DNA of 64,000 nucleotides, taken from Halocafeteria seosinensis. Lineage: Eukaryota. Numbering within the stretch: the stretch's first letter is position 1; each line of letters opens with the position of its first letter. Shown here piece by piece: positions 51,694 through 62,879 of the stretch. The notes under the pieces are model-generated. The model did no database searches and was not told the DNA's origin. It saw only the letters and a list, made by a program, of their open reading frames with translations. The stretch covers positions 1 to 64,000 of the forward strand of contig LVLI01000055.1 of assembly GCA_001687465.1 (NCBI GenBank), written 5' to 3'. The position numbers and the translations under genes were made by a program.

Positions 51694-53716
51694 ATGTTGT
51701 CCAGTATTGCCCGTAATACTTTAAAAACCAGCAGATTCCTCTCTGCTCGGCCGTTTTCACAGGCTGCTGCCTCCGATCCCATCCTCCAGTCCACCGACAG
51801 CGCTCAGTATCCTCGCGAGACCCTTGCCAGAAAAGTAATGAAGTTCGGAGGATCTTCTGTTGGTAATGCCGAGGCTTTATATCGCGTTGCTGAGATTCTA
51901 CGCAACGAGAAAGAGGAAGGAAACGAGTAAGTTGAAGGCTCTGAGGTGTTCTCCCAAAAACTACAAAAAGGGAAACCCGGGGGGAACAGGCAAGGTGTTC
52001 CGACTTGTGAGGGATATTTTTTTGAAATACCTCAGCTATAGCCGTCATTTTATAAGGGTTGCAATGGCGATACGAAGCTGGAAGTGCGATGCTACGATGC
52101 AAAAATGACTTGTCTATTCGGTGACGGTGTTTGAATCGCGTCTTAGGGGCTCGGAAAGGGGCAAAGACGATCTGGATACGTCTTAAACCTAGATGCGGAA
52201 GGCCGGTGCAACCTAGGGAGCATATGGTTCTTAGGCCTTTTACAAGTGTTTGATGGCTCTATATTCACGCTATTTACTCGTCTATGTTTGATGTTTTTGT
52301 GTACAGGCTTGTGGCTGTATTGAGTGCCATGTATGGCGTCACTGATCGCCTTGTAAACTCGGTAAAATATGCCGAACGAGGTGAAATGGACCCCGTCGGG
52401 AAGAACAGCGATGAGATCAAACTCTACCATGAGCGCACCATTGACTTAATGCTGGGTGACACCCCTTGGGCATCAAATGCCTGCAAGGAATATCTCCATG
52501 ACACCATGCACGTAAGTAGTAATCCAGTGGAAGTAGAGCGACCGTTAGTGAAGTGAAGTCGGAAAACCGGGGTCAGGTTCAGGGGGAGTTAAAGGGGGAA
52601 AGCATTGAATTGTGTCAGACCCGGAGATGGGGATAGTGTTGTTAACTGACTATTTACCAAGGCAACTTGCACAAGCCATCTAGCAGACATCTAACCTGTT
52701 TTTGAATATTGTTGAACTTGCAGCAATGGTATGACCAAGTGCTCAACAACATTGCCGAGAAACAATCGTTCAATGACTACGACATGGATCGTGTCAGCTC
52801 TATTGGCGAGAGACTGAGCAACTTTGTAATGAGTGCTTACTTGCGCAGCAGAGGAACTGGAAGCCACTTTGTCTCGGCTGACCAGCTAATTGTCACCTGC
52901 GGCACCCACGGTAATGCTGAACCCGATCTTCAAGCCACCAGAGCACGTGTGGCCCAGCATTTGGAACCCTTGTTACAAGACTCCGTCCCATGCGTTACTG
53001 GTTTCTTTGGAGCTGGACCCAATGGCAAGGTTACTACCTTCGGACGTGGTGGATCTGACCTAACCGCTGCCGTTCTGGCCAACACATTACGCGACGTCGG
53101 TGAAATGATTCTCTGGAAAGTGGAATGTGAAAAGAGAGACGATGGGTGGCTGAAGGAATGGAAGCCAGGTTTTACTGGTGTCGTTCATGATGCTGATGTG
53201 GACTATACTATCCCCGAGCTGTCTTATGACGACGCAGCTCAGCTCGCCGCTTTCGGAAAGAAAGTGCTCCACCCGTCTACTGTGTTTCCCGCCATCGAGA
53301 AGGACATTCCCGTTTATGTGAAAAATACAATCGACCCTAATCACCCCGGTACAAAGATCCACAGTGATGTCGACACCGACGTTCAGCCGGTTTCATCGAT
53401 TACGAAAGCTGAGTTCAACTTCTGTGAACAAAAGCACGAGATACAAATGGGTGATTTCGATTGGGACAACTTGGGCGTTGGACCCGATAACGCCGGCGTA
53501 GTCGTGCTCGTTGGAAACGGCGTCTACCGGAGTGTTGAGCTCCGAAAACAAATCTCGGCCGTTCTTGATGACAATAACATCAAGAAACACTTTCCTGTGC
53601 GAGTGAATGGAAGTGAAAATAACTTCTGTGTTGTGGTACCTAAATCGGAGATGAAGACTGCCGTCAAATTGCTACATAAGCATATCATTGGATGGAGTGA
53701 ATCCGACACTGAATAA
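51694..53716 (+). CDS. ask: Aspartokinase, 3 exons, mitochondrial-type presequence
   Basis: Introns 51927-52306 and 52512-52723 splice in frame. Motifs VMKFGGSSV, VAVLSAM.GVTD, SIGERLS, TTFGRGGSDLTA, LAAFGKKVLHP, VKNT, plus an ACT-like C-terminus. Confidence 0.93.
51927..52306 (+). other. Candidate structured RNA element in ask intron 1 (380 nt)
   Basis: Multiple G-U-containing helices, competing pairings, and motifs shared with asd intron 1. Confidence 0.55.
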
Positions 53717-54080
53717 GTGAGGATTGGAATGTGCCATCCTACTTGTACGTTTAATATTGGCTTCTTGGTTTAAAAATTGCCATAAGTGTAAGTTCGATTA
53801 CGAAAAACAATAATTTAAAGGACTCCTCTGGTTTTCTTTTACCGCCCTCAAATATCGAGGGCGAAGGTCGGCACGAATATAATATTCGTAAATGCCGACA
53901 CCCGTGGAACCGATGGCCATTGCTTTGTGATGGTTGTCTAATTTCCACATGAAAATGAAGTACGCTTCTCCCTAATACACTAATTAACGCGCTGTACACT
54001 GATACGTACCCGAAGCCAGTGTATTATTTTTGCTTGCACGAGATCATCTGCGTTTCTATCAAGCACTTCACTAACACCTC

Positions 54081-54953
54081 TCACTTTCCTGTGGCTTTCT
54101 CTTCCAGCTGTCGTACGGCTTCATTGATTTGGTCGTAGTTAAATGGGCCTATGTGGAAATGGTCCTCGGCCTCGTGACCTACTCCATCGGGGAAGTCTTC
54201 TTCCTTGATCCAGGATTCTGTAATTTTCACATCTACTCCAGCCCGACGTCCAACCCCTTGGAAGAGGTTCCGAGAGGCTTCATTAGTTGGTGTGACTGTT
54301 GCTTGGACATGTGTGACCCCTTCAGGACAAAGACGACGCGCAAGATGAGCTATCATCCTGCCTGCAATTCCTCGTCCGCGGGCTTTTTCGCCGACTCCGA
54401 CTTGCCATACAAAAATGGCATGGCGTTCACGTGGGGGTCGGTACCCTTTAATAAAGCCAATAATTTCACCATCGAGTTCAGCCACTGCATATGTACCATC
54501 TTGTCTTGAATGGCCCTTGTATCTCGACGGGGAACCAAGGCAGGAGGAACGCACCTATACATTCATCCTGGAAATGCTTGCAGAAAGCTATATACGCGTA
54601 CGCTGAATTGTTATCCAAAGTACCACTAAAGACGATATCACACCTGCAATAATTACACCCAATTAACTCAGTACAGGCAATGACTGGAACAGGCAGTCAA
54701 GGGAAGCTTACATTCCCTTTGCATCGAGCGCTGTAGGCGCTCGAAATGTCACTCCATCTTCCGATTTGGCATCTATGAATCGTTGTTGCTCATAGTTCCC
54801 GACGGAGGAAGTATTGGAAGCAAAGCACCTCTGTATGGAGTGCACACGAGAACCAAGTATCCCGGAACAGGCTTCCTGGAGGGGTAATATCCCACTTCTC
54901 CGTGTCCATTGCGCTACTGCCTTCTGGAGGCTTTTCCGCGGGAAAGCTCTCAT
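54081..54953 (-). CDS. ectA: Diaminobutyrate acetyltransferase (GNAT), 3 exons, N-terminal presequence
   Basis: Introns 54711-54644 and 54554-54485 give FRAPTALDAKGMCDIVFSGTLDNNSAYAYIAFCKHFQDECIVAE..GFIKGYRPP..IFVWQVGV..RGRGIA..ATVTPTNEASRNLF..HEAE..IGPF, the EctA signature. Confidence 0.93.
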
Positions 54954-55203
54954 AGTCTTTGTGCAGTACCTGGTGTTAACTCAGTCACATGTATAAACCG
55001 AAAACAAGGCAATCCGGCGTTGTATCATTGAAGTGAACTCTGGAGGCAGTGTTCCTAGGTGCATCGCATTCACAAGTACACTGAGGGGGAGAGGGTCTAT
55101 AATAGCCCATTGCCATTAGTATATATCGACAGAATAGGATTGTTAGTTCTACAGATTCCGCACGTGGAAGTGAAGAGAGAAAAAGAAGAATTATTACGCA
55201 AGA

Positions 55204-56024
55204 ATGTCGTTCATAGCAGCATCAGTTGGGCGTCGTGGTGCTCCAGGAATTGTCCGTAGAGCTCTAGGGACTTGGAATGCGCCACAAATGCAGCAAAAGC
55301 GCGGGTTCATCCATCGGACGTTTGAGGATGTCAAGGAGGCAGGAAACCACCACATTGCGGCCTCGGGAACATGGGAGAGCCGAAGATACTTGCTTCGCAA
55401 AGACGGAATGGGCTTCTCCTTCCACCATACAATCCTGTATGAAGGTAAGGTGTTGCATTGGAACCGACTTGTCGATGCTTTTATGACGGATTCTCCGTCC
55501 AGGTACTTCGACCCTGATATGGTATCGCAACCATGTGGAGGCGGTATTTATTACCCAAGGCGAAGGAGAGATCGAACTTGTGGATGAGAACCAAAAGGTA
55601 TGGGACACTGACGCGCTGGATTTGGATCAGCACATTTTGTTTGAGACCATCAATGCGAGTCTACTGTCGTACCACAGGAAGGAGAAGGAGTGGTATATCC
55701 CTTGAAACCTGGAACTCTTTACGGCTTGAACGGCCACGAGCGCCACTACCTAAGAGCTACCAAGGGAGATTTGCACGTAGCATGGTAAGACTGGTATCTG
55801 CATCAAGCTCTAGTCCATTAAATTTTATGATTGTTTTGCGTTCTCCTTCTCTTTCAAACCTATGCAGTGCATTCAATCCCCCTGTTGCGGGATCTGAGGA
55901 CCACAATGATCAAGGTGTATACCCTGTTGTGGATGATGCTGACAACAAAATCTACGATTACAGCGTTGATGATTTGCAAGAACTGATCAAGCCTCCTCAG
56001 GTAATGGCCAATAAGAAGAAATAG
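55204..56024 (+). CDS. ectC: Ectoine synthase (cupin), 4 exons, mitochondrial-type presequence
   Basis: Introns 55445-55502, 55598-55677 and 55785-55867 give WESRRYLLRKDGMGFSFHHTILYEGT..WYRNHVEAV..GEGEIE..PGTLYGLNGHERHYLRA..CAFNPPVAGSEDHNDQGVY. The metal-ligand Glu, Tyr and His are present. Confidence 0.96.
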
Positions 56025-56259
56025 GCATGTCGCCTACTACTAGGTAGCTGGAACTCAAATAAATTCAAGTGAACCACTGTTTTAATACTCTGCAAAGTAA
56101 AGCTGCAGCTGGTCTTGGACCATTCCCATCACATAGCAAAGAGACGAAACCGTCAATGAAACCTATACCATCAGCAAGGGGGAGCCCACCCAGCGGGTAT
56201 TTCAGACTCCGTGGCAGTTCAGTAAACCCAGCAATAGACGACTGAGTTTCTCAAGTGGT

Positions 56260-57468
56260 TTACTTTTGGCACACCTTCTTGTGCCGGTCAAAGTCAGCTT
56301 TCTTACACTTTTTATTGCAGTAGTATGCTTTGCGGCATTTGTTGCAAGCATTCGTTGCCCCAGGACTTTTGCAATGCATGCAATGGCTATTTTCTTCTTC
56401 ATCGTTGTCCGGGCAACAGTCAGAAGTCGTTGCTTCCGTGCTACCACTTTGTGGGCTTCTCATTCCACGCTTTGCCCTGCGAATAAAAGGGAGAATTTGC
56501 GGTACCAATAATGAAGCCACACGCTCTGGCGTCATCGTTCCTGATGAATCCTTGCGAAAAGGATCCGCCCCAGCTTCCAATAGAAACTTGGAAGCTTCGA
56601 AATTGCCAGCCATGAGCGCACTCAATAAAGGCACATCCAGGAAGCGGTTCGGCATATTAGGATCAGCTCCAAATTGGAGTAAGATGCGTGCGAGATCGAG
56701 TCTGGGAATTCTCGTTGCGGCATGATAAAACGCCGTGTAGCCTCCACCGTCCTTCGCATCAACTCGACACCAACCGTTTTGCAGTACTAGCCGTAAGATT
56801 TCCTCGTGCTGTAACGGCTTGAAGTGATCACGAATATAATGCATTCTCTGAGATCCAGATACAATAAGTGACGTTAATGGAGTCCGTACAACCCAGCTAC
56901 GCAGGTGTGCGTGCTTAGGAGCGTCAAAGTTCTCCTTGAAAGTCTGCAGATCCCCTTTGAAGGCAGCAACATGAGCAACACTTGGAAGTTCAGCAAGCGC
57001 TTCTTTTGTATGCATACGTGCCCCTTCTTCACCTTGCACTTTCCTCAAATCAGCAGCAGGACTGCCTGGCATTAAACCTGGAACAAAGGATTGATCTCCA
57101 TTGTCCATTTCGTAAAACTCCTCAAGTGTAGTCCGCAGACTTCTGTCGTCCGGCAGGTTTCGGATTCCTCTTATCAATGCTTCTTCGGCACGCGCGGGGA
57201 TACCCAAAGTATAATAGGCTCGATACTGTCGAATGTAGGCCTTGGGAAAGGTGGGATCGAGAGTCTCTGCCTTGATACCGTCTTCCAGAGCCTCGGACAC
57301 TTGGCCGCTTTTGAACAAAGCCGCCGATCGATTGCCGCGCAGGGTTGCAGAGTTATCCCCCAGTTCGATGGCTTTGTTGTACAATTCGACGGCTTGGGCA
57401 AACTCCCCTTTCAGGAAGCACCGATTGGCTTGTTCCTTTACTTCCGCTGCATCAGCTTCAGTTCCCAT
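56260..57468 (-). CDS. TPR + ankyrin + MYND zinc-finger protein, intronless
   Basis: TPR (KEQANRCFLKGEFAQAVELYNKAI), ankyrin (GYTAFYHAA..LLQFGADPN; LLEAGADP), MYND (CMHC..CNKCRKAYYCNKKCKKADFDRHKKVC). Confidence 0.92.
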   Translation of the reverse strand: MGTEADAAEVKEQANRCFLKGEFAQAVELYNKAIELGDNSATLRGNRSAALFKSGQVSEALEDGIKAETLDPTFPKAYIRQYRAYYTLGIPARAEEALIRGIRNLPDDRSLRTTLEEFYEMDNGDQSFVPGLMPGSPAADLRKVQGEEGARMHTKEALAELPSVAHVAAFKGDLQTFKENFDAPKHAHLRSWVVRTPLTSLIVSGSQRMHYIRDHFKPLQHEEILRLVLQNGWCRVDAKDGGGYTAFYHAATRIPRLDLARILLQFGADPNMPNRFLDVPLLSALMAGNFEASKFLLEAGADPFRKDSSGTMTPERVASLLVPQILPFIRRAKRGMRSPQSGSTEATTSDCCPDNDEEENSHCMHCKSPGATNACNKCRKAYYCNKKCKKADFDRHKKVCQK

Positions 57469-58162
57469 AATGTGTTGACGTTTAAGGTTCTGCCGGCACT
57501 GGCCGTGATGATGTTGGTACCACAGTGTACAAATATACGAAGTAGTAGTTCAAGTAGAATTATGTCGGACTATCATGTCTGACAAACAAACACGTTGTAT
57601 GCGTCCATTGTGCTTGTGTTTTTAAACAATTTGCAATATGAGCCGCTGGTCAAAGCGGTAAGAATGCACTCTTGTGAAGCAAAAGTAAAAGCCCGTAAAT
57701 TAGCGCCGCCGCAGCATAGCGTGCAATGCATGGCAATGCACAGTCTGACAAACCTCTGAGCAGCGCGCGGCATGGCACTTAGTTGCTTTTTCGGCTGCCT
57801 TTACCCTGTCGAGACGGGCCAAACTTTAAACACGTACGACCTCACAGAGCAAGCGTTATGCCATTTCCAGCCATGGTGTTCCCACCAACCACTCGCGTAG
57901 GGCACCTACCCCCCGAACTACGTCCGCGGTCAGCCCAGTGGCAGTGGCACCATGATACTGACCACGAATCGAGGCAATTCCCGTGTTGAAGTGGTGCTTC
58001 ACAAAGCACCGCGACCAAAAAAAGCGCGCGTTAACCGCGATACCCAGCTCATTTGCCTCCCCATTCTCTCCATATCCACTCATCCGAGTCGATTAGGTTA
58101 TAAAAATGGGGAAAGAAATGGGCGAAGTCGAGTAGGGGGGAAAAGGTCTTGAAATCTGAGAG

Positions 58163-61100
58163 ATGGAGCCCTCAACGGCGACGTCCTCCTCCAAGGAGGA
58201 GGAGGATAATGGCCCTCATGCTCCTTCAGAGGAGGACCAAGGACAACATGAAGCAACTGGTGGTGAAGGGAGTAGCAGCGCCACAGGTGGTGAGCAGGAG
58301 GAGGGGAAGGAGGAGGAGGAAGAAGTGGATGCAGGTCGAGAAACGGCGGCCAACTTGCAGCAAGTTAACGCAGAAGCTGCATTTGACTTTTTAGATCAGC
58401 AAGTGGAGAAAGGGGCGATTTCTTCCGAGCAGTACGTTGCCAACCAATCTCTGACACAATGTAGCCTTTCTTTGTTGGGTTGCACTGAATCTTTTATATA
58501 TATATTTTTTTTTTCGTGTGTACCAATGACAGAGCGGAGGAACTACGCAGCCGATTCAAAGAGTTGCAACATACAGTATCCGAAACGGCCGAACAGGAGC
58601 AGAATAATGCTCAAGAGCTAGAGCGCCTTAGACGCGTCACTAGGGAAGAACAAAGAACACTGGACACCACGGTACGCTCGAAGGAACGCCTTACAGATGC
58701 GGTGGAACAACTTGCACAAGAAAAAGACGAGGTCAGATGAACTATGATGGGAAAACGTCTACGTGACACTGTCCTCAACCAATTACTTCCCTAATGCAGG
58801 CTGCTCAAGAACTCGAAGAAGCAGAGAATGAGGATAGCACTTTACACTATGAACATAGCGAGCTCAAACGAAAACAGGAAGAGCTGAAGGGACAAGTGGA
58901 GGCTGTTCGTCAAGCCAACAAGGACTTAGTAGAGCCCGAATTAGAATCATTGATGGAAGAAATCAAACAAGGAAAGGAAGAGCTATCCAAATTAAAGAAC
59001 TGGACAGAAAATGCGGAGAAAGAAGAGAAAGAAAAGCGCTCCAAAGTGGAACAACTCCTTGTCATGAAGGAAGAAGCAGCTGAAAGCCTGAGTATGATGC
59101 GGCAAGAATGGACAAGAGTAAAGAATGAGCCTGAAAGAGTAAAGTAAGTTGTTTACGTGTGGATGTTAAGAATGGGAGCGATTGCGATGCTTGTCGATGC
59201 CCTCCATTTCTCTACAGCAAACAAGCGCAGAGCGTGCAGACTGCTGTCCGGGAAGTCAGTACCGAAGCACAGAAGCTGAACAACAAGATCGCTGATGTTG
59301 ATAATGAACTTTCACGACATATAGACAAGCGCTCTGAGGCAAGTAGGTTGCATTCACAGTTGCAATCATCAATCGACAAACACCGGACAGATGTGGAGGA
59401 GTACCGTGCCAATGTGGCTGAACTAGATAAGAGTATCAAGATCGAAGAGCAGGAACACAAAGATCTAACTGAAAGGAAAATGACATTGCAAGCGGAGCTC
59501 AAGCACGCCGCGAACAGTTTACGAGATGCTCAATCTTCCTTATCTTCCATGGAGTCTTCGTACGAACGAAGCAAGAAGGAACTGAAGCGCCGGATGGATT
59601 TAGCAAACGCGGAGAAGGCGAAGGTTCCTGCTGCTGAAAATGACGTTGTAGATGCGACACATGCGCTGCGGGCCTTGGAGAGGGAACATGAAAGTATACA
59701 GAACCAACGGGGCAAACTCCGTAAAGATGTGGACGTGTTGGTGCATAAAGTATTGGTTCAAGAAGCTGGCGAAAGCAAGCTTGCGGAAAAGTTGCAGGAA
59801 ACGTTAGATGTTGAAGCATCGCTAGAGCAAGAGAAGACGAATTGGAACAAGGAGGAACAATTGGCGTACAAGCAGATAAGTGCCTTGAAAGCACAGCGAG
59901 ATCTGAAAAATCGCGAACTCTCTAGAACACAGCAGAAGATCAAAAGTAGTGAGGAAGAGCAACTCATGAAAAATTTGCAACTTACAGATCTCACAAAGCA
60001 AGCTAATGAAACTATCAGTAAGCTGAAGAACTACTCAAAACTATACGAAACGGTGAAGAATGAGAGAAACTCTTACGTGAACGCCATACAAGCCTCGTCA
60101 CAGGCATTAGCTGAGATGAAGGAGCGGATTAAAATATTACAGAATGAAGTGGAAATTTTACAAAATGAAAGCATTGCAAAAGATAAAGCGCTGTCGAAGG
60201 AACGGCTCGCTCATGCAGACGCCTCAGTTCAGAGAGATGCATTGCGGTTTGAGACCAACAAATCACACGCTACTTACCGGGAAAAGCAAAGATCTGTTGA
60301 ACAGCAGATCGTGCGGATTGATAGGTTAAACTCTGTTATATCGAACTTGGAGAAGACGATGCTTCAGCTGAAGAAGCAATACGAAAAGGCTGTGGAGGAT
60401 AGGAATCACACCGGCATACAGCTGATAGATAGAAATGATGAACTGTGCATCCTCTATGAAAAGTCGAATATTCATGAGGATACGATGCGTAAAGGAAATG
60501 AATCGTTAGCAACATTGGACAGAGAGATACAAGAGCTTCAAATCAGGGAGAAGGATCTCGAACGGGAGCTTGACGTCGTCCGAGAAAAGTTCCCGAAGAT
60601 GCCACAGTTGGCGGAGAGGGTGCTGTCGTTACAAAAAGAACTTGCTTCTGAACGGAAATTCACAGAGAAACTGTCGTCAGAATTGGAAAACCCTAGCAAC
60701 CACCGTAACTGGCAACCATTGGAAGGATTCGATCCTGATTCCGATAGGTTAAGTGAACAGGTTTCGGCGTTGGAACAACGGCTAAACGAAAAGAGAGAAA
60801 AGCTCCTAGAACGGGAACTGGTTTTGGAAGAGTTAAACTCCTTGAGTGAGAAGCTGAACGATAAAGCTGTAGAAGGCAAAGGTGCCACATCAGAGCGAGT
60901 TGATCAAGTCCATTCCTTGCAAGCAAAATTGCAGAATGTAACCAAAAAGATGATGGCATTGGTTTCAGAGTTATCCATGTACCAGGCTACGAGTATGAAG
61001 CTCGAGGAAGAAAAGACCGAGCGCCAGAAACAAGTCGAAGAAGCCGAAGCTGCGTTACAGCGGGGTGAAGTACCTTCAGAGGAGGCTGTGCAAGCACTGC

Positions 61101-61351
61101 AACGCAAGGAGCGTTATCAAGAGGTACAGCGGTCCCGCAAAGAGCGGTTGAAAGAGTTGGAGAGGCAGAAGGAGATGCCAGCCTACGCAACGCGGACCAC
61201 CGCGGAGCAGCGCCCGAATGCGTACGTGCCTGAAGGCGAAGCCATTGCTGTACCGAAACCTTACGGAAAACATGCTCCATTCAAGCCCCAGAAGCCCGGT
61301 GCCACTATGCGAAACATTCGAAAGCCACAACAGAAAGAAATTGAAGTTTAA
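58163..61351 (+). CDS. CCDC146: CCDC146/MBO2-like flagellar coiled-coil protein, multi-exon
   Basis: Long coiled coil with GIQLIDRNDELCILYEKSN, KMMALVSELSMYQA and C-terminal RTTAEQRPNAYVP..PKPYGKHAPFKP. Confidence 0.85.
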
Positions 61352-61529
61352 TCTGGCCTTGGTCTTGTTTTAGTTATGCGCCGCACACTGAAGGCAAACA
61401 ATCGAACAGCAGTGGATCGCTGATGAGCTACACACATGGCTCAAAACCAAGCAATATGTGCATTGGAAATAACTCCAACGAATGTGTCTGTAATGCCCAT
61501 GCCACAGGAAAATTCGGTGTTGGCTTAGG

Positions 61530-62578
61530 CTAAGGATTTACCTCTTCTGCAGCTGTTCCCACAAGTTCCCCCGACGTTGTGCAGTCGCCCGAGCCCACTG
61601 CACACGGAACACATACAGTCAGTACTAGTAGATTCACCAAATAATACCTACGAATACGTACTTCCCCAGCTACCTGTTCAATGAGTTTGGGATCCACCCC
61701 TTCGGTATTCCATTGATTCAATGAACCTAACGCGAAGGAATGCCATTGCTCATAGTCAACGAAATTTTGCCTTTTTTCTTGCGCCTCCTTGCTTGGTGTT
61801 TCAGGAGGCTCATGAAAGCTACACTCGGAAAGATCATAAGTATGGTTCTCATGAGAGACTTCACTGCTGCGGTCAGTTATACGACTCGGTTGTTCTTGCG
61901 TATGGAGCGGTTTCTGCTCGTCAACTGCTCCCGATAAACATAGATTGAAAGCGCGACTCCACAAGTCGACAGAGCGTTGTCCGGGGCACTGCAGATAGCA
62001 AACGCCAACTTTGGGGTCGTACTGCTGGGCACCAAACCCATTATGAGGAGACGTACCTGTAAGATGACCGCACCCATGCGGCATCCCAAAATAAACATAC
62101 GATATTCGCGTTCTTCCAAAAGTGTCTCAATGCTTTGACAGCGGATTAAGCCTTTTGACGAAAGTCCAGACGATAAAAACTCCAGAGCCGCTTCGTCACT
62201 GTACTCAATGTTGTCCTCATCTTGGTCGTCATCATTTTGAGTGGCGGACGATTCTACCATCGTGGAAGCGGGACCCCATCGAAATGTATCTCTTGTCAAA
62301 ATACACCACGTTTTCATCCACTGTCGAGGATTTTCGTTTTGAATAGCCTCCTGTGCAGCTTCCACGGGCGCTTCGTACGTATGGCGTCCCCGGAGCCGTA
62401 AATACCCTTCCAAGAGTTTCGGCCCCCCTCCATCCGTCATCCCTGCGGCTGCCATCGATGCTGTGGTAGAGGTCTGTGGCGTCTGCTGACTGGAAAAATT
62501 CGACCAAACATCCCGATTACGCTCGGAAACTACATGAGAGGCAGCCGGAGTGCCTGGGATCTGGTTCATCATGCTCAT
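61530..62578 (-). CDS. PH-domain-like protein, multi-exon
   Basis: LLEGYLRLRG..QWMKTWCILT..GLIRCQSIE..MFILG..WSRAF. Boundaries are approximate. Confidence 0.6.
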
Positions 62579-62879
62579 GGAGCTGGCATGGAAGCTACCT
62601 GCTGGTATGCCGTCGCACTCATTCCTTCAACCATCACACATAATACACACACGAACGAGTGTAATGGCACGCTGATTTCGCTTCCTTCATAATTCAATGA
62701 ACGAACTTCAACGACTCCCGGCTTCAACTTCACGAAGGTCGCCATTCATTTTCGGTATACACAAGAGTGAATTTCAGGATTTGTCATGCTTGGACAAGGT
62801 AGAATACATCCGTCATCATAAACGATCAATTTTTCTTCGGTCGAATTTTGTGCTTCATCATTGCAAGAAGCGAACAAAC

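Noticed and set aside
52165..52200. TPP riboswitch in ask intron 1 (GATCTGGATA resembles part of the TPP aptamer)
   Set aside because: No CTGAGA element or the rest of the consensus in the right order; the gene is unrelated to thiamine.
51927..52306. Canonical lysine riboswitch in ask or asd introns
   Set aside because: I could not match the conserved lysine-aptamer core by eye. An Rfam scan is needed to exclude it formally.
48816..56024. Bacterial contaminant or endosymbiont operon as the source of the ect genes
   Set aside because: The genes have multiple frame-restoring GT-AG introns, presequences and alternating strands, and are contiguous with eukaryotic genes.
59212..61330. Many antisense ORFs over coiled-coil or low-complexity genes
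   Set aside because: They are shadow frames of the real CDS on the opposite strand.
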